A DNA stretch of 64,000 bases from Pristiophorus japonicus (Eukaryota). A model generated the notes under the pieces. The model searched no databases. It saw nothing but the letters and a program-made list of their open reading frames with translations, and was not told the DNA's origin. The stretch lies in assembly GCF_044704955.1 (NCBI RefSeq), contig NC_091980.1, positions 129,518,001 through 129,582,000 on the forward strand, given 5' to 3'. Position 1 is the first letter of the stretch. Every line of letters begins with the position of its first letter. Positions 16,317-30,139 of this stretch are shown here, one piece after another. The position numbers and the translations under genes are program-made.

Positions 16317-16642
16317 GTATATCATGCAAATTCTATTCATGCATTTCAATCTAGCGTTGCAATACTGTAATACAATAGCTGAAAATGTTCATGTGTGTTC
16401 AGCCACATAAGGCAGTGGGACCACAAGTAGATTTTAGTGTCTTAAAGGAGGCAGAGAGATTTACATAATAACATGCGTATGCCATTTGTCACCTCGTGCC
16501 TGCTCCGCCATTCAATAAGATGCTGGCTGGTCTGATCTTGGCCTCAACTCCACTTTCCTGCCTGTTCCCCATAACCCTTGACTCCACTATCTCTCAAATA
16601 GCTATCTATCTCCACCTTAAATGTATTCAATGACCCTGCCTT

Positions 16643-16670
<28 letters not shown>
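16643..16670. repeat. (CA)n microsatellite
   Basis: cacacaca run; shorter run in the paralog near 63746. Confidence 0.9.
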
Positions 16671-16674
<4 letters not shown>

Positions 16675-16700
16675 ATACTGAGGAAATGCAGACAGACAGT

Positions 16701-17000
16701 ATTGAGGGAACGCTACACTGTCGGAGGGGGCAGTACTGCGAGAGCGCTGCACTATCGGAGGTGCTATCTTTAAAATGAGACGCTAGACCATCTGCTCTCT
16801 TAGATGGACGTCAAAGATCTCAGGATGCTATTTCGAAGAAGCGCAGGAGGTGATCTCTCCAGTGTCCTTGACAATATCTATCCCTAACCAAAACAGATTC
16901 TCTGGTTATTAACACACTGCTGAACTTGATTGGCTGTAAAGAGCTTTGAGACATCCTGCGGCCGTGAAAGGGCTATATAAATGGAATTCTTTCTTCTTTC
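16701..17000 (+). mobile_element. Deu-domain SINE (SacSINE1/AmnSINE1-like) with L2-type tail
   Basis: ggaggtgc..tgagacg..tggacgtcaaagatc..tatttcgaagaagcgcagg..gtgtcctt core; 3' tail ttggctgtaaagagctttg..gtgaaagggctatataaatg..(tttc)n. Confidence 0.75.
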
Positions 17001-17411
17001 TAAGTGGATATGCGTTCCCAAGGCTGCCACAATGAAGTCCAGGTGCAAGGAGATAATCGGATGCAAGTCTTTCTTTCTTTTTGGACAGCAGTCCATTTTA
17101 TTGCTTGTAAAATGTCATGGTAACATAATAAGAATTCAAAATCCCATGGTCCGCGCCACATTCTAGCTCCTGTGTGTACAGGTGCTCACTGAACTTGGAA
17201 GTGATGGAGTATCTGAGCACTTACGCTTGTCACATTCATTTCACGAACTGTCCGTTCACCTGACCCGCTGTCGGTTGCTTTGCAGACTCACTGCTCTGTC
17301 TTTGGATGTTGCATCTACAGATACCTGAAAATGACCAACCCACTGAACCGTGCAGAACTATTAAAAAGACACTGACTCGCAAACAACGGAGGATTCAACT
17401 AATCTGGGTAA

Positions 17412-17818
17412 GTGGGCCATCAACAAGGCACGCCAGCGGCCGTTCGAGGTCGTCGTATTGCCCGACTGTACGCCTCTCTTCCATGGCTATGTTCGCAACC
17501 GGAGATGGAGCACGCGGTGTCCACCGGTACGCTCACGGCCTTCTGTGAGAGGTGGGTGCCGAAGGGACTGGAGTGCATTATCACCCCTGGCAACCAAATT
17601 TTAATTTGATTACTGTTGTTTAAAGTTTAATTCGTTTACTGTGCCGGTTTTAGTGGCCCCCGCCCCCCACCCCACACTTTTAGCCAGGGGTCACTTGTAT
17701 AATTTGTGTTTCAATGCCCTAAAAAAAACAAAAAAAAAGGGACACTTGAAAAGTTTTTGGAGTGTGCACCCCCTTTAATCAGGGGGCACTTGATTATTAG
17801 TTTCAACAAAGATAGTTG
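17412..17818 (+). mobile_element. 3' fragment of a Tx1/L1-clade LINE upstream of ferritin C
   Basis: ORF end MEHAVSTGTLTAFCERWVPKGLECIITPGNQILI* followed by a 3' UTR with gggggcacttg motifs and A-runs. Confidence 0.65.
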
Positions 17819-17884
17819 TGTGCCTTTAAACAGGGGACCATGCTTGACTTTAAATTGACAGTTGCTGGCAAAAAGAAGGGTCAA

Positions 17885-18050
17885 ACAATGATGCTCATTC
17901 TTCAAAGTTCATGACTGGCTCTGGAGTCGTGGCCCCGCCTCCCTTCACTTGATTGGTGCTCTGACAGAGACTGCAACTTGTGATTGGGTATTGAGGAATG
18001 TCACTCACAGCTGGGCTGTCCCGCCCTGGATTATCCAGCAGTATAAATAT
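17885..18050 (+). promoter_or_regulatory. Ferritin C promoter: GC boxes, inverted CCAAT boxes, TATAAA at 18042
   Basis: ccccgcct, gattggt, gattggg, cccgccc, gtataaatat. Confidence 0.7.
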
Positions 18051-18076
18051 AGGAGTTTGCAATTAACTAATTCCCA

Positions 18077-18110
18077 GTTTCTTGCTTCAACAAGGTTTAG
18101 ATTTTTGGAA
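18077..18110 (+). promoter_or_regulatory. Degenerate iron-responsive element in the 5' UTR of ferritin C
   Basis: gtttcttg-C-TTCAA-CAAGGT-TTAGA versus the vertebrate ferritin IRE gttcttg-C-TTCAA-CAGTGT-TTGAA; cap-proximal position. Confidence 0.75.
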
Positions 18111-19198
18111 AAGCAAATTAGGATGGCTTCTCAAGTGTGTCAGAACTACCACAAGGACTGTGAGGCTGCTGTTAACCAGCAGGTCAACATGGAGCTCTGT
18201 TCCTCCTATGTTTAAGTCTCGTATTTCTGAGCACTTCACAATGGAACCTCTGCAATGTGAATTTACTAGATTCTATGCTGTATCCTGCCCACTTGATGCA
18301 CAGTGAATTCATTTGTTAAATCTATACTATAATAGAAATTATCACCTTGTGTATTCATTAACAAACTGCCTCTCTGTTCCATGCAGTACCTGAGCCATAT
18401 TTGGAGAATCTTGATGACTTTCTTTCCTGGGCTCTTGTGAGCTTGTAGTTGAAGTTTATTTGGAATACACCCTGCATTCAATGTATGCAATTCAGAATTC
18501 CCATCCTCATTTCTAAATCACTCCATAGCCTTTCCCTACCTTGCTTTTTGCAATGAGGGGATTCAGTCTTCAAATTAGAACCAGACCATTTAGGGGGGGA
18601 AGTCGGGAAGCAATTTTTCTCATTTGTGGTGGACTGGAACATATACACTCTCTCTCTCTCTCTCTCTCTGCTTCCCAAATTCCACCCACCCAACGCTGTG
18701 GTTGCCAAGGCAAGGTTTTTGTTGGGTAAGGGGATCAAGGGATTAGAATATAAGAAATAGGAGTAGGCCATTTGGCTGATCTCCTCCCTGAATTCCACCT
18801 TCACGCACTATCCCCATAGTCCATAATTTATTTCATTCCCAAAAGTCGATTGAACTCTGTCTTGAATATACTCAATGACTGAGCATCCACAGTCCTCTGA
18901 GTGAAGAAATTTCAACTCCTCTCAGTCTTTAATGGCCCACCCCTTATTCTCAGACTGTGACCCCCTGGTTCTAGATTTCTCCAGTTAGGGTAAACATTAT
19001 ATCTGCATTAACCCTGTCAAGCCCCTCAAGAATTAGATTTGCACCTCATTCTACTAAACTCTAGAACATTGGCCCAGTCTACTCAATCTCTCTACATAGG
19101 GCCATCTCCTCATTCCAGGAACAAGTCTAGTGAACCTTTGTTCCATCTCTAAGGCAAGTATGTCCTTTGTTTGGTCAGGAAACCAGAACTGTACACAG

Positions 19199-20753
19199 GG
19201 TATTAAGAGATGGCGGAAGTTATAGCAGATGCATTCTTTATAATCTACCAAAATTCTCTGGACAGGTACCATCGGATTGGAAAGCAGCTAATGTAACGCC
19301 TCTGTTTAAAAAAGGGGGCAGACAAAAGGCAGATAACTATAGGTCGATTAGTTTAACATCTGTAGTGGGGGAAAATGCTTGAAGCTATCATTTAAGGAAG
19401 AAATAGTGGGACATCGAGATAGGAATAGTGCAATCAAGCAGACGCAACATGGATTCATGAAAGGGAAATCATGTTTAACTAACTTACTGGAATTCTTTGA
19501 GGATATAACGAGCATGGTGGATAGAGGTGTACTGATGGATGTGGTGTATTTAGATTTCCAAAAGGCATTCGATAAGGTGCCACACAAGGTTACTGCAGAA
19601 GATAAAGGTACATGGAGTCAGAGGAAATGTATTAGCATGGATAGAGAATTGGCTGGCTAACAGAAAGTAGAGAGTCGGGATAAATGGTTCCTTTTTCGGG
19701 TTGGAAATCAGTGGTTAGTGGTGTGCCACAGGGATCGGTGCTGGGAGCATAACTGTTTACAATATACATAGATGACCTGGAAGAGGGAGACAGAGTGTAG
19801 TGTAACAAAATTTGCAGATGACACAATGATTAGTGGGAAAGCGGGTTGTGTAGAGGACACAGAGGCTGCAAAGAGATTTAGATAGGTTAAGTGAATGGGC
19901 TAAGGTTTGGCAGATGGAATACAATGTTGGAAAATGTGAGGTCATCCACCTTGGCGGGGGGGGGGGGGAACGGTAAAAGGGAATATTATTTGAATGGGGA
20001 GAAATTACAACATGCTGTGGTGCAGAGGGACCTGGGGGTCCTTGTGCATAAATCTCAAAAAGTTAGTTTGCAGGTGCAGCAGGTAATCAGGAAGGTGAAT
20101 GGAATGTTGGCCTTCATTGCGAGAGGGATGGAGTACAAAAGCAGGGAGGTCCTGCTGCAACTGTATAGGGTATTGGTGAGGCCACACCTGGAGTACTACG
20201 TGCAGTTTTGGTCACCTTAATTAAGGAAGGATATACTAGCTTTGGAGGGGGTACAGAGATGATTCACTAGGCTGATTCCGGTGATGAGGGGGTTACCTTA
20301 TGATGATAGATTGAGTAGACTGGGTCTTTACTCGTTGGAGTTCAGAAGGATGAGGGGTGATCTTATAGAAACATTTAAAATAATGAAAGGGATAGACAAG
20401 ATAGAGGCAGAGAGGTTGTTTCCACTGGTCGGGGAGACTAGAACTAGGAGGCACAGCCTCAAAATACGGGTGAGCCAATTTAAAAACTGAGTTGAGAAGG
20501 AATTTCTTCTCCCAGAGGGTTGTGAATCTGTGGAATTCTCTGCCCAGGGAAGCAGTTGAGGCGAGCTCATTGAATGTAATCAAAGCACAGATAGATATAG
20601 ATTTTTAACCAATAAGGGAATTAAGGGTTTTGGGGAGCCGGCGGGTAAGTGGAGCTGAATCCATGGCCAGATCAGCCATGATCTTGTTGAATGGCAGAGC
20701 AGGCTCGAGGGGCTAGATGGCCTACTCCTGTTCCCAATTCTTATGTTCTTATG
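19199..20753 (+). mobile_element. CR1 LINE (RT half and 3' UTR) in intron 1 of ferritin C, nested in an older antisense CR1 fragment (~18750-20870)
   Basis: QHGFMKGKSCLTNLLEFFED, VYLDFQKAFDKVPH, KFADD, LVRPHLEY; tail (ttcttatg)2; host sequence ctgtacacag|tattc is split. Confidence 0.9.
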
Positions 20754-22711
20754 TATTCTCGGTGTGTCCTCACCAATACCCTGTATAATTGTAGCAAGAC
20801 TTCTTTACTCTTAACATTTGTTACAAAGGAATTAGATTTCAACATACCATTTGCTTTCCTAATTATTTGCTAGATAAATGGAGTTAGCTACAGATCTGAC
20901 CGAATTGAATGGTGGAACAGGTTTGAGGGGCTGAATGGCCTGCTCCTGTTCCTAATGTTCTTGACCTCTTCGCTTTAGGTACCAGTTTTTGCCCTTCTGT
21001 CTTTTCTCAAACTCCCTTTTGATTTTATTGGTGGTAAAGCCTTCAGCCATGTTTCCCCCTACTTGGTGGAACTCTCCCTCAACCCCTCTGCTTCTCCTGA
21101 TCTTCTTTGATGACCTAAAACTCTGAGGGGTGGTAATGGTTGTCTGCTGGAATGCCTTGATATTTAGTGCTGTAGGTATGAAATGAATGCTGCTTAGTTT
21201 TGCTTCCATGGGATGAATGTAGCCAGTAACACTTGGGCCAGATGTACTATGTGAATTGTGCACTGTGACTAAATCGCTACTTTACTTTACTTCTAGTTCC
21301 AGTAGTGCCCCTTGGCTAGCCTATACACAGTAGATTGGGTTCAATAAACCATGATTGCAGTGGTACTGTTAATAATCTTTCACTAATTTCTAAACCTACA
21401 ATTGAGTATAGGGTGCCAAGATTAAGGATATGGTTTTGAGCTTGTTCTAACAAAGCTGAATTGATAACCATGGAATACTACAGCACTGAAGGAGGCCATT
21501 TGGCCCATCATGCCTGTGCTGACTGTTGGCTGGAGCTATCCAACTAGTCTCTCTCCTGCTTGATCTCATAGCCCTTTAGATTTGTCCATATTAAGTCTTT
21601 TTTTTTAAATGTTGCCATTTAATTTACTTCCACCATCCTTTCAAGCTGCCCATGCATTTTAAAAAAAGTTACCTCTGGTCCTCGTCCTTTCGCCAATCAC
21701 TTTTTTGATTTTCCATTAGCCAGTTTCCCTATTGCTAGGGGATTATTCATTCCACCACATTAGTGAAGTCGGTAGGCAGTTGCGAGCTTGTGTAATATTG
21801 TACATGGAAATTCAGGGAGACTTTGAATTATTTGAAGGAAGCAAAATTGAGTTTGGCTTTATGTACAATAGTGACAATAATAGATCTGCCATGTGATATC
21901 CAACCAATTTTCTGATCTTTCTGCAGTCCTTCTACTTTGACCGGGATGATGTTGCCCTGCGTCACTTTGCTGAGTTCTTCAAGGAGCAGTCACATGAGGA
22001 ACGTGAGCACGCTGAGAAACTAATCGAATTCCAGAATCGGCGTGGAGGACAGATCATTTTGGTGGACGTCAAGGTTTGGCTCAATAAATGAGGTGCCTTT
22101 TGTCTGGCTCTCCTTAAACTGATTGCTCCCAATACATTCTAAAGCAGTTGGTTCCAATTTACAGCACAGAAACCAGCCATTCTGACAAACTGGTCTCTGC
22201 CAGTGATCAGGCTCCAAACATCTGCTCCCACCTTGCTTTATCTAGCAACAGATCCTTCTATTTCTTTTAACCTCGTGTACTTATTTAGCTTAAAACCATC
22301 TGCTATTCACCTCATCAATTTGACTCCAGTGGTTGATGGCTGAATGCAGTAATTCTATATTCTAACACATTGGTTCATGGTATCCTAGACTTCTGATGCC
22401 ATTTTTTCATCCCTTATTTCCTTCAAACTTGTGTTTTGTTTAATCCATTGTCAAGGAACTGTGACTTTCTTCTTCAGAAACCAGAGCAGGCGGAGTGGAA
22501 CAATGGTCTGGAGGAGATGCAGAGAGCTCTGCAGATGGAGAAGAATGTGAACCAGAGTCTGCTGTATCTGCATAAACTCTCCACTGGGAGCACTGACCCT
22601 CATGTAAGTACCTCATGTAGGTTTCTGGATAAGTTGGAGGTGGTGGAACCTTGCTATCCTTGAGCTGTTTCAAAAGATCTCTGCCCAAGAGCTTTATGTT
22701 GGGGTGGGTTT

Positions 22712-22941
22712 TGTCATGAATGTAACAACACTGCAATACTGAATATACGTAAGAAATGCACACCTTGACCACGGGGTGAACTTGTCGCAGACACTCCTCA
22801 CCTGGTCATCCAGGTATATAAAGGGAGGTCCCATGCAGGGTCATCACTTCTTATTCCTGTGATTAAAGGTTCAGGTCATGGAGTGACCTTGTCCATATAA
22901 TGTGCCTCGTGTGGATTTGTGGTATTGTGTAAGGATTTACA
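22712..22941 (+). mobile_element. Solo LTR in intron 3 of ferritin C (family of the nested Gypsy at 36897-41669)
   Basis: TG...CA ends, perfect 5-bp TSD ggttt, similar to the reverse complement of LTR 36897-37163. Confidence 0.88.
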
Positions 22942-23170
22942 GGTTTTTTTTTTGGGGGGTGAGTAGGGTAGGAAAGGACAGGAGGTCGGTCTATTGTGGA
23001 CATTGACTAGTACATGTGTCCCAGCAACTATTGTGCACAAGTTTAATCTAAATGATCCAGTAATTCCATTGATTTCAATTGCACCACTTAACTCCTCCAG
23101 TTCAAGACGATTAAAATCCAAACTCCTGAGGGGTAAGCTCCAATGTTCCTTGATATCTGCTCCATCTTAA

Positions 23171-23347
<177 letters not shown>

Positions 23348-23698
23348 TGATCTGGAGCTTGGGCCAAAGTAACTGTTTCCACTGGTAATAAGTAGTCTTT
23401 CTGCTATTTGCATCAATGGTAACTGATGCAATACAACAAACTCTCAATTGCTGTAATTTTGTTAAAATGCAAGGAGAGTTTGCCAATAAATTAGAGCAGA
23501 ACTATTTCATTCCCAGGAACAATCCCAAAATATATATATTATTTCAGTGGGAAACACTGCAGGTCCTTCATGGAACCAAACTCCATATTGTTGCTGCTGA
23601 CTTGCTGGTCGGGTTTGTGGATACAGTAGCACAGAATGACTTTGGTGAGAGACCAGAAATGTCTCAGCGCATTGTGGGAGCTCCCTGAATCCATGGTA

Positions 23699-24817
23699 TG
23701 GAAGTGGTTGGTGGTCTCAAATCAACACCTCCCACATCAGTTTGAGACCCGGGAATTATAGCAGTGAACAGAATACTCAGTTATAGACAGATCTTTTGGT
23801 CTCAACCGTCACAATGCTTTTATTCAAATTAAATCTCACACATGCTTCTTGTAAAACACACCCTGCTAGCATAAAACAAACACAGCACAACAAACAACAC
23901 TGCGTGCCCCCCCCCCCAAATCGCAAAGTAGCCACAACTAATAGTCCTGCTTGGACCAATAGCGCACCACTGAATCTGTGCAACAGACTGTGCGTATGCC
24001 TATGATCCGCGCAGAACCTCCCTACTAAACTCCTTAGGTTTGGTTGGGTCACACGACACCCCTCCACACTATGCGGTGGTCTAAACGATGTGTGGGTTGG
24101 GATAATGCTCATCAGTTACCCCTTTGCCTTACTCACTGCTTCTCCAGACGAGGTGTATCTTCTGGTTCCGTATCAAGCTGTGGTTTCCAAGTCATAATTG
24201 AAATAGCGAGGTGCTCTTTTTTTCAAAGATGGTTTCTTCTTTCCGCCCCAGATGGAGTGCTCGGTCCTTGAATGCATTGAATGAGGCAAGCAAGTGTCGA
24301 AGAGAGAGAGAGATGGCAGCAAACTGACACTTCTTATACCTGAACAATGCTTGCTGAATCCTCGTGCCAAAAACCAGTCCTTTGCCTGAGGCAGTCCAAC
24401 TAAAGAGCATAAATCACATCTCCGGCCTGTACCTTTGTTACTGGGCTCCTCCTGGGGATAAAAGCTCCAATGAGTCTGGCCGAATGAGTCAGCTTCCTTT
24501 GTCCTGAGGTTCCTGTGTTCAGGGCTATCTCATTCCACTTTGATAGCTTGAGCACTGACCAGATTATCTGATCACACACTGATGGAGGGCCCCTTTGTCA
24601 TGTAATGGGAACCTATTAGCCATCTACCTGTGATGAGGTTCCTGCTTTCAGACATTGACAATCACACGCACCTGATGTGTATTCCTGTAGAACACGTCTG
24701 GGCCTGTCCCAGTCATGCTGTCAGCTCTTCTGCAGTAAATGAAATATGAAAAAGCAATGTCCAAACTTAAAGTCCAAAATCCTGAAGTTTGTGTCGATGT
24801 TTGCGCTGATGCTTACA
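23699..24817 (-). mobile_element. Long (1.1-kb) solo LTR, ERV-like
   Basis: Minus strand TGTAAG...CTTCCA, tataag near 24335, aataaa near 23820; interrupts spacer that is continuous in the homologous region near 35210 (catggta|ctgaagg). Confidence 0.65.
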
Positions 24818-25489
24818 GTACTAAAGGCAATACAATTGGGTGATTGGGAAATGCAGCTGAAATGCCATATTTACTTCCAAGCCACTGGCCACTTGGGGCA
24901 GAAAGTGTGAATTCCTTTTGGGGAGAGGATTGAACTTGGTTCTTAACATTTTTTCTGTGTTTGTCTCTCTCTTGATTGAATAACCTGTCTACCTCGGTTC
25001 TTACATGAATAAGAAGTTTTCCAAGGCATTAAAGGGAGAGGTAATCATGAACTGTACTCGAATAAAATGTAATCCTTCTAGAAGGAGTAAATGTATTAAT
25101 TAAACACACAAAGCAGTTAACTTAAAACACCAAGCAAGAACAATAGATATTTCTCCTGCCCGCGGACCCTTCAACACTTTCTGTTACAGCAATTAATAAA
25201 CCCAATACAGCTCCTCCATAAACATATCCACTTGTGCATTCCATACCAAATAACAATCATCCTCTCCAAATCCTGTTGGATCCCCATGTGTCTCCTTCAC
25301 CGCAGGAATGGATTCAAATGTTGACACTACAACTGTATTTATCCATGTCATGTTTTTGCACCTAAAATTTCATCGAACAACCATCTGCCGAGCCAACTGA
25401 CTTATCTGTGTCCTAAAGTTGCTTACAGCCTTCCTCACAGTTAATCTATCTGATCCAATATCATTTCCATCACAAAGACCACGTACTTC

Positions 25490-28400
25490 TGTTATGTATG
25501 GAGAAAGAGTCAGACTGAACACTGAGCTCAAAGTAAAGTGTGACCTTTGTCTTTTATTGCAGGTCTCCAGAGTGCTTCTCCAATCTGTGAGGCCTCCTTA
25601 AATACCTGTGCTCCCAAGGGATTGTGGGATCCCTTGGGACTCCAGGGGATGAGCCCTCTGGTGGCTGTACAGAGTATCGACAAGTTTACATATATAACAA
25701 CACTCCCCCATAAAGTTAACAGTGTAACTAGAAGGTGAGTCGATCTGGGACCTTTCTTGCCCTGGTTGATCGTCTCGGTGTGAATGCCGGTATTAGCGAA
25801 TCATCTATTGGGCCCTGGCTGGGCTGCTCTGCCGCTGGCCTTGCTGGGCTGCCCGGTGTGGTGGGTCCTGCTGGGCTGCTGTGGATGATGGGTTCTGCTT
25901 CATGGCCAACCGCGGTGCCAGTTGCCACTGGTGTGTATGTTGGGGGGTCAAAAAATGTAGGGTCCAATGTGGGTTGCTCAGGTTAGTCCGTGAATCTGAG
26001 TTTGATTTGGTCCAAGTGTTTCCGGTGAATGAGTTAATTTGAAAGCTTGACCAGCAACACCCTGCTCCCCTCTTTGGCCATGACAATGCCGGGAAGCCAC
26101 TTGGGACCTTGTCCATAATTCAATACAAATACAGGATCATTGACTTCAATCTCGCATGACACATTTGTGCTATCATGGTATGTACTTTGTTGAAGCCGCC
26201 TACTCTCTATCTGTTCATGTAGATCAGAATGAACTAACGAGAGCCTTGTCTTAAGTGCTCTTTTCATGAGCAGTTCAGCAGGTGGGATCCCAGTGAGCGA
26301 ATGGGGTATCGCGCGGTAGCTAAGTAGGACTCGGGATAGGCGAGTCTGCAGTGAGCCTTCCGTTACCCTCTTCAAACCCTGCTTGATGGTTTGCACTGCT
26401 CTCTCTGCCTGACCATTGGATGCTGGTTTAAACAGGGCAGATGTGACATGTTTGATCCCATTACGGTTCATGAATTCTTTCAACTCAGCACTGGTAAAAC
26501 ATGGCCCATTGTCGTTCACCAGGACATTGAGTAGGCCGTGTGTGGCAAACATGGCCCGCAGGCTTTTAGTAGTGGCAGCGGACATGCTCGCCGACATTAT
26601 ATCACATTCAATCCATTTGGAGTACGCATCTACAACCACAAGGAACATTTTACCCAAGAACGGGCCTGCATAGTCGACGTGTACCCTAGACCATGGATTG
26701 GAGGGCCAAGACCATAAACTTAGCAGCGCCTCCCTGGGTGCATTGCTTAGGATCTGGCTATCGCTTTCATCATTACGATGCCTGGGTGGGTACTGTGGAG
26801 GTCACTAACGAAGGTGTCTCTGCCCTTCCTGGGAACCACTACTCCATTGCCCCACAGAAGGCAGTCTGCCTGTATAGATATTTCATCTTTGCGCCACTGG
26901 TACGGCTTTATCTCTTCCTGCATTTCCACTGGGACATTGGACCAGCTCCAGTGAAGCACACAGTTTTTCACGAGGGACAATAACAATGTGCTGAGACCCG
27001 GTAAGAAGTTACCAAAATAGTTCAGGTGTCCTCGAAATGACTGCAGCTTTGTCACGTTCTGTGGCCTCGATGCGTTCTCGATTGCCTCCACCTTCGAATT
27101 GGTGGGCCTCATGCCGTCCGCCGTGACCTTCCTCCCCAGGAACTCCACTTCAGGCACCAGGAAAACGCACTTCGAACATTTTAACTTGAGCCCCACGCAG
27201 TTGAGTCCACTAAGAACCTCCTCCGGGTTCTGCAGATGCTCAACTGTATCCCGACCTGTAACCAAGATGTCGTCCTGGAAGACCACAGTGCGCGGGACTG
27301 ACTTCAGGAAGCTTTCCATGTTTCTCTGGAATATCGCCGCCGCTGATCAAATTCCAAGCGGGCATCTGTCATCAATGAAAATACCTTTGTGCGTGTGGAT
27401 GCAGATGAGGCCCTTCAATGATTCCTCCAGTTCCTGCATCATGTAGGCTGAAGTCAAACCCAGCTTCGTGAACATCTTTCCTCCCGCCAGCGTTGCAAAG
27501 AGGTCACTGGCCTGTGGTAGCGGATATTGGTCATGCAGGGAGAAACGATTGACATTTACTTTGTAATCACCACAGATTCTGACGGTGCAATCTCCCTTGA
27601 GGACTGGGACAATAGGACAGGCCCACTCATTGAACTCGATCATTGAAATGGTGCCTTCTGTTTGCAGCCGGTCGAGCTTGATATCTATCCATTCTCTCAC
27701 CATGTACGATACTGCTCTCGCCTTCTGATGGATGGATCTGCACTTTTGCTCCTTGGAATTTCCCGTGCCTGGTTCGAACAGCGAAGGGAACTTGTTTAAG
27801 ACCTGGGCACACGAAGTGTCGTCAGCGGGTGATAGGGCTCGGACGTCGTTCCACTTCCAGCATATCTTTCCCAGCTAGTTCCTGCCGAGTAGCATGAGAC
27901 CATCGCCCGGTACCACCCAGAGTGGTAGCTTGTGCCATGCTCCATCATAGGAGACCTTTACAGTAGCACTGCCCATTACGGGAATCAATTCCTTTGTGTA
28001 AGTTCTTAATTTTGTGCGAATTGGAGTTAAAACTAGCCTTGAGACCTTGCTGCACCACAATTTTTCCAAAGTCTTTTTGCCCATGATTCACTGGCTCGCA
28101 CCTGTGTCCATCTCCATTGACACCGGGAGTTCATTTAGTTCAACATTCAGCATTATCAGGGGACACTTTGTGGTGAATGTGTGCACCCCATGTACCTCTG
28201 CCACCTCGGTCTGATGCTCTGGTTCATCGTGATCCTCCGTGGATCTGTCCTCCTCTGCACCATGGTGGTTTGCAGGATTTACAGCTCGCCTGCACATACG
28301 TTGGAGGTGCCGCATTGTTCCACAGCCCTTGCAACTGTACCCTTTGAATTGGCATGAATGAAAACAATGATCACCCCCGCAGCGCCAACAAGGTTTTAAT

Positions 28401-29309
28401 GGCCTTGCATTCATCACCCTTGATGGTGGACTCTGAGACATCTGCGGACGTGCAGCTGCAGGCATGCGTGACCTGCCCTATACGTTGCGATTTGAAAACA
28501 ACATCACTTTTTTCACAGTACTTGTAGCAACACTTGTGTGCTGAGAGATTTGCTTCATATTGTCACTGGTGGCAATGAATGCCTGGGCTCTCGCTATGGC
28601 TTTACTCAAGGTTGGGGCCTCTACAGTCAAAAGTTTGCGAAGTATGGTTTCGTGGCCAATGCCAAGTACGAAAAAGCCTCTGCGCATGTGCTCCAAATGT
28701 CCTTCAAATTCACAAAGTCCTGCAAGGCATCTTAGCTCGGTGACATAATTCGCTGCTTCCTGGCCTTCAGAACTTTTGCAGGTGTAGAACCGTTACCTCG
28801 CCATCAGAACGCTTTCCTTTGGGTTCAAATGCTCCCGGACCAGTGTGCACAAATCATCGTACGATTTCTTCGTGGGTTTCGCTGGAGTAAGCAGATTTTC
28901 ATGAGGCCATATTTTGGTGCCCCACAGACAGTGAGGAGAATTGCCCTTCGTTTGGTAGCGTTCTGTTTTCCATCCAGCTCGTTGGTTACGAAGTATTGAT
29001 CGAGTCAACCCACAAAGGTTTCCCAATCATTTCTCTCCGAGAATTACTCAAGGCTGCCCACTGTTTTCTGCATCTTTGGGTTGGCTATCTGTATCTCGTT
29101 GCCAGTTGTTATGTATGGAGAAAGAGTGAGACTGAGCTCAAAGTAAAGTGTGACCGTAGTCTTTTATTGCAGGTCTCCAGAGCGCCTCTCCAACTTGTGA
29201 GGCCTCCTTAAATACCTGCGCTCACAAGGGATTATGGAATCCCTTGGGACTCCAGGGGATGAGCCCTCTGGTGGCTGTACAGAGTATATACAAGTTTACA
29301 TATATAACA
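25490..29309 (-). mobile_element. Gypsy (Mag-like) LTR retrotransposon with an internal RNase H deletion; LTRs 25490-25699 and 29107-29309
   Basis: gag zinc knuckle CWRCGGDH, protease MEMDTGASQ, RT (VRICGDYK, FQDD), integrase (VVVDAYSKW, SNGQAER); PBS tggcaacgag; TSD acttc/acttt within an L2 fragment. Confidence 0.92.
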
Positions 29310-30139
29310 ACTTTCATCTCCATAATATTGCTCACTGCCTTCCCAGTCTATCTGCTGCCGAAACTCTCTTCCATGCCTTTGTCACCTTTAGTCTCGACTA
29401 TTCCAAAGCTCTCCTGGCCAGCCTACCATCCTCAACTCTCCGTAAATATCCGCTCATTTAGAATTCTGCTGCATGTGTCCTATCTTAAGAGGACCAAGAG
29501 GTAAAATCAAATGAGAGGGTGGGGATGCTGGAAAAAATTCAAAATTAAGATGAACAAAATGAAACTGGAAATCTGATGGACAAAAGGAAGAGAGCTGAAG
29601 AGAGAGGACGGCAAAGCAGGATTCTGAATGCAAGAGAGATGAACAAAATAGAGGTGGAGGAATTTGAAGGGACATGAAAGCAAAAAGAGCTGGACATTTT
29701 GAAGGACAAAGTTGGAGAGAGATGCAGACCAGTGAAAGAATAACTGAGGGAGAGTCAAAATAAATAGAGCTACAGTATCTGAGAGTTGGAGATTGATAAA
29801 TCAGAAAGAGGATTTAGAGAATATAATGAAGACCAATTACAAAAGGAAAGGTTGGATAAAAGAGACAATATCAACAAAGTTACTTCCATGGAAAATTCGT
29901 TCTAAGCGGATAGATTTACAATTAATTCATCATATTTAGTATATTTTCATGACTGACGTTTAGTATATGTGTTATGATTTAGTGTAATGCGAACTGAAAT
30001 TATTCTGATTCTGTAACATTTAGTTAGAGATGTTTATAACAAAAGTTAATTTGTTTCCAAAATATGCTCAGATTTGAGAGATGAATGAATGAATTTACAT
30101 ATGTGGCAAATGATCTTCAGGTTGCCACTGGATGTTAGT

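Noticed and set aside
17911-17925. Antioxidant response element (tgactggctctgg) in ferritin promoters
   Set aside because: Does not fit TGACnnnGC; it aligns with tgattggctctgg in copy D, so it is better read as a mutated inverted CCAAT box
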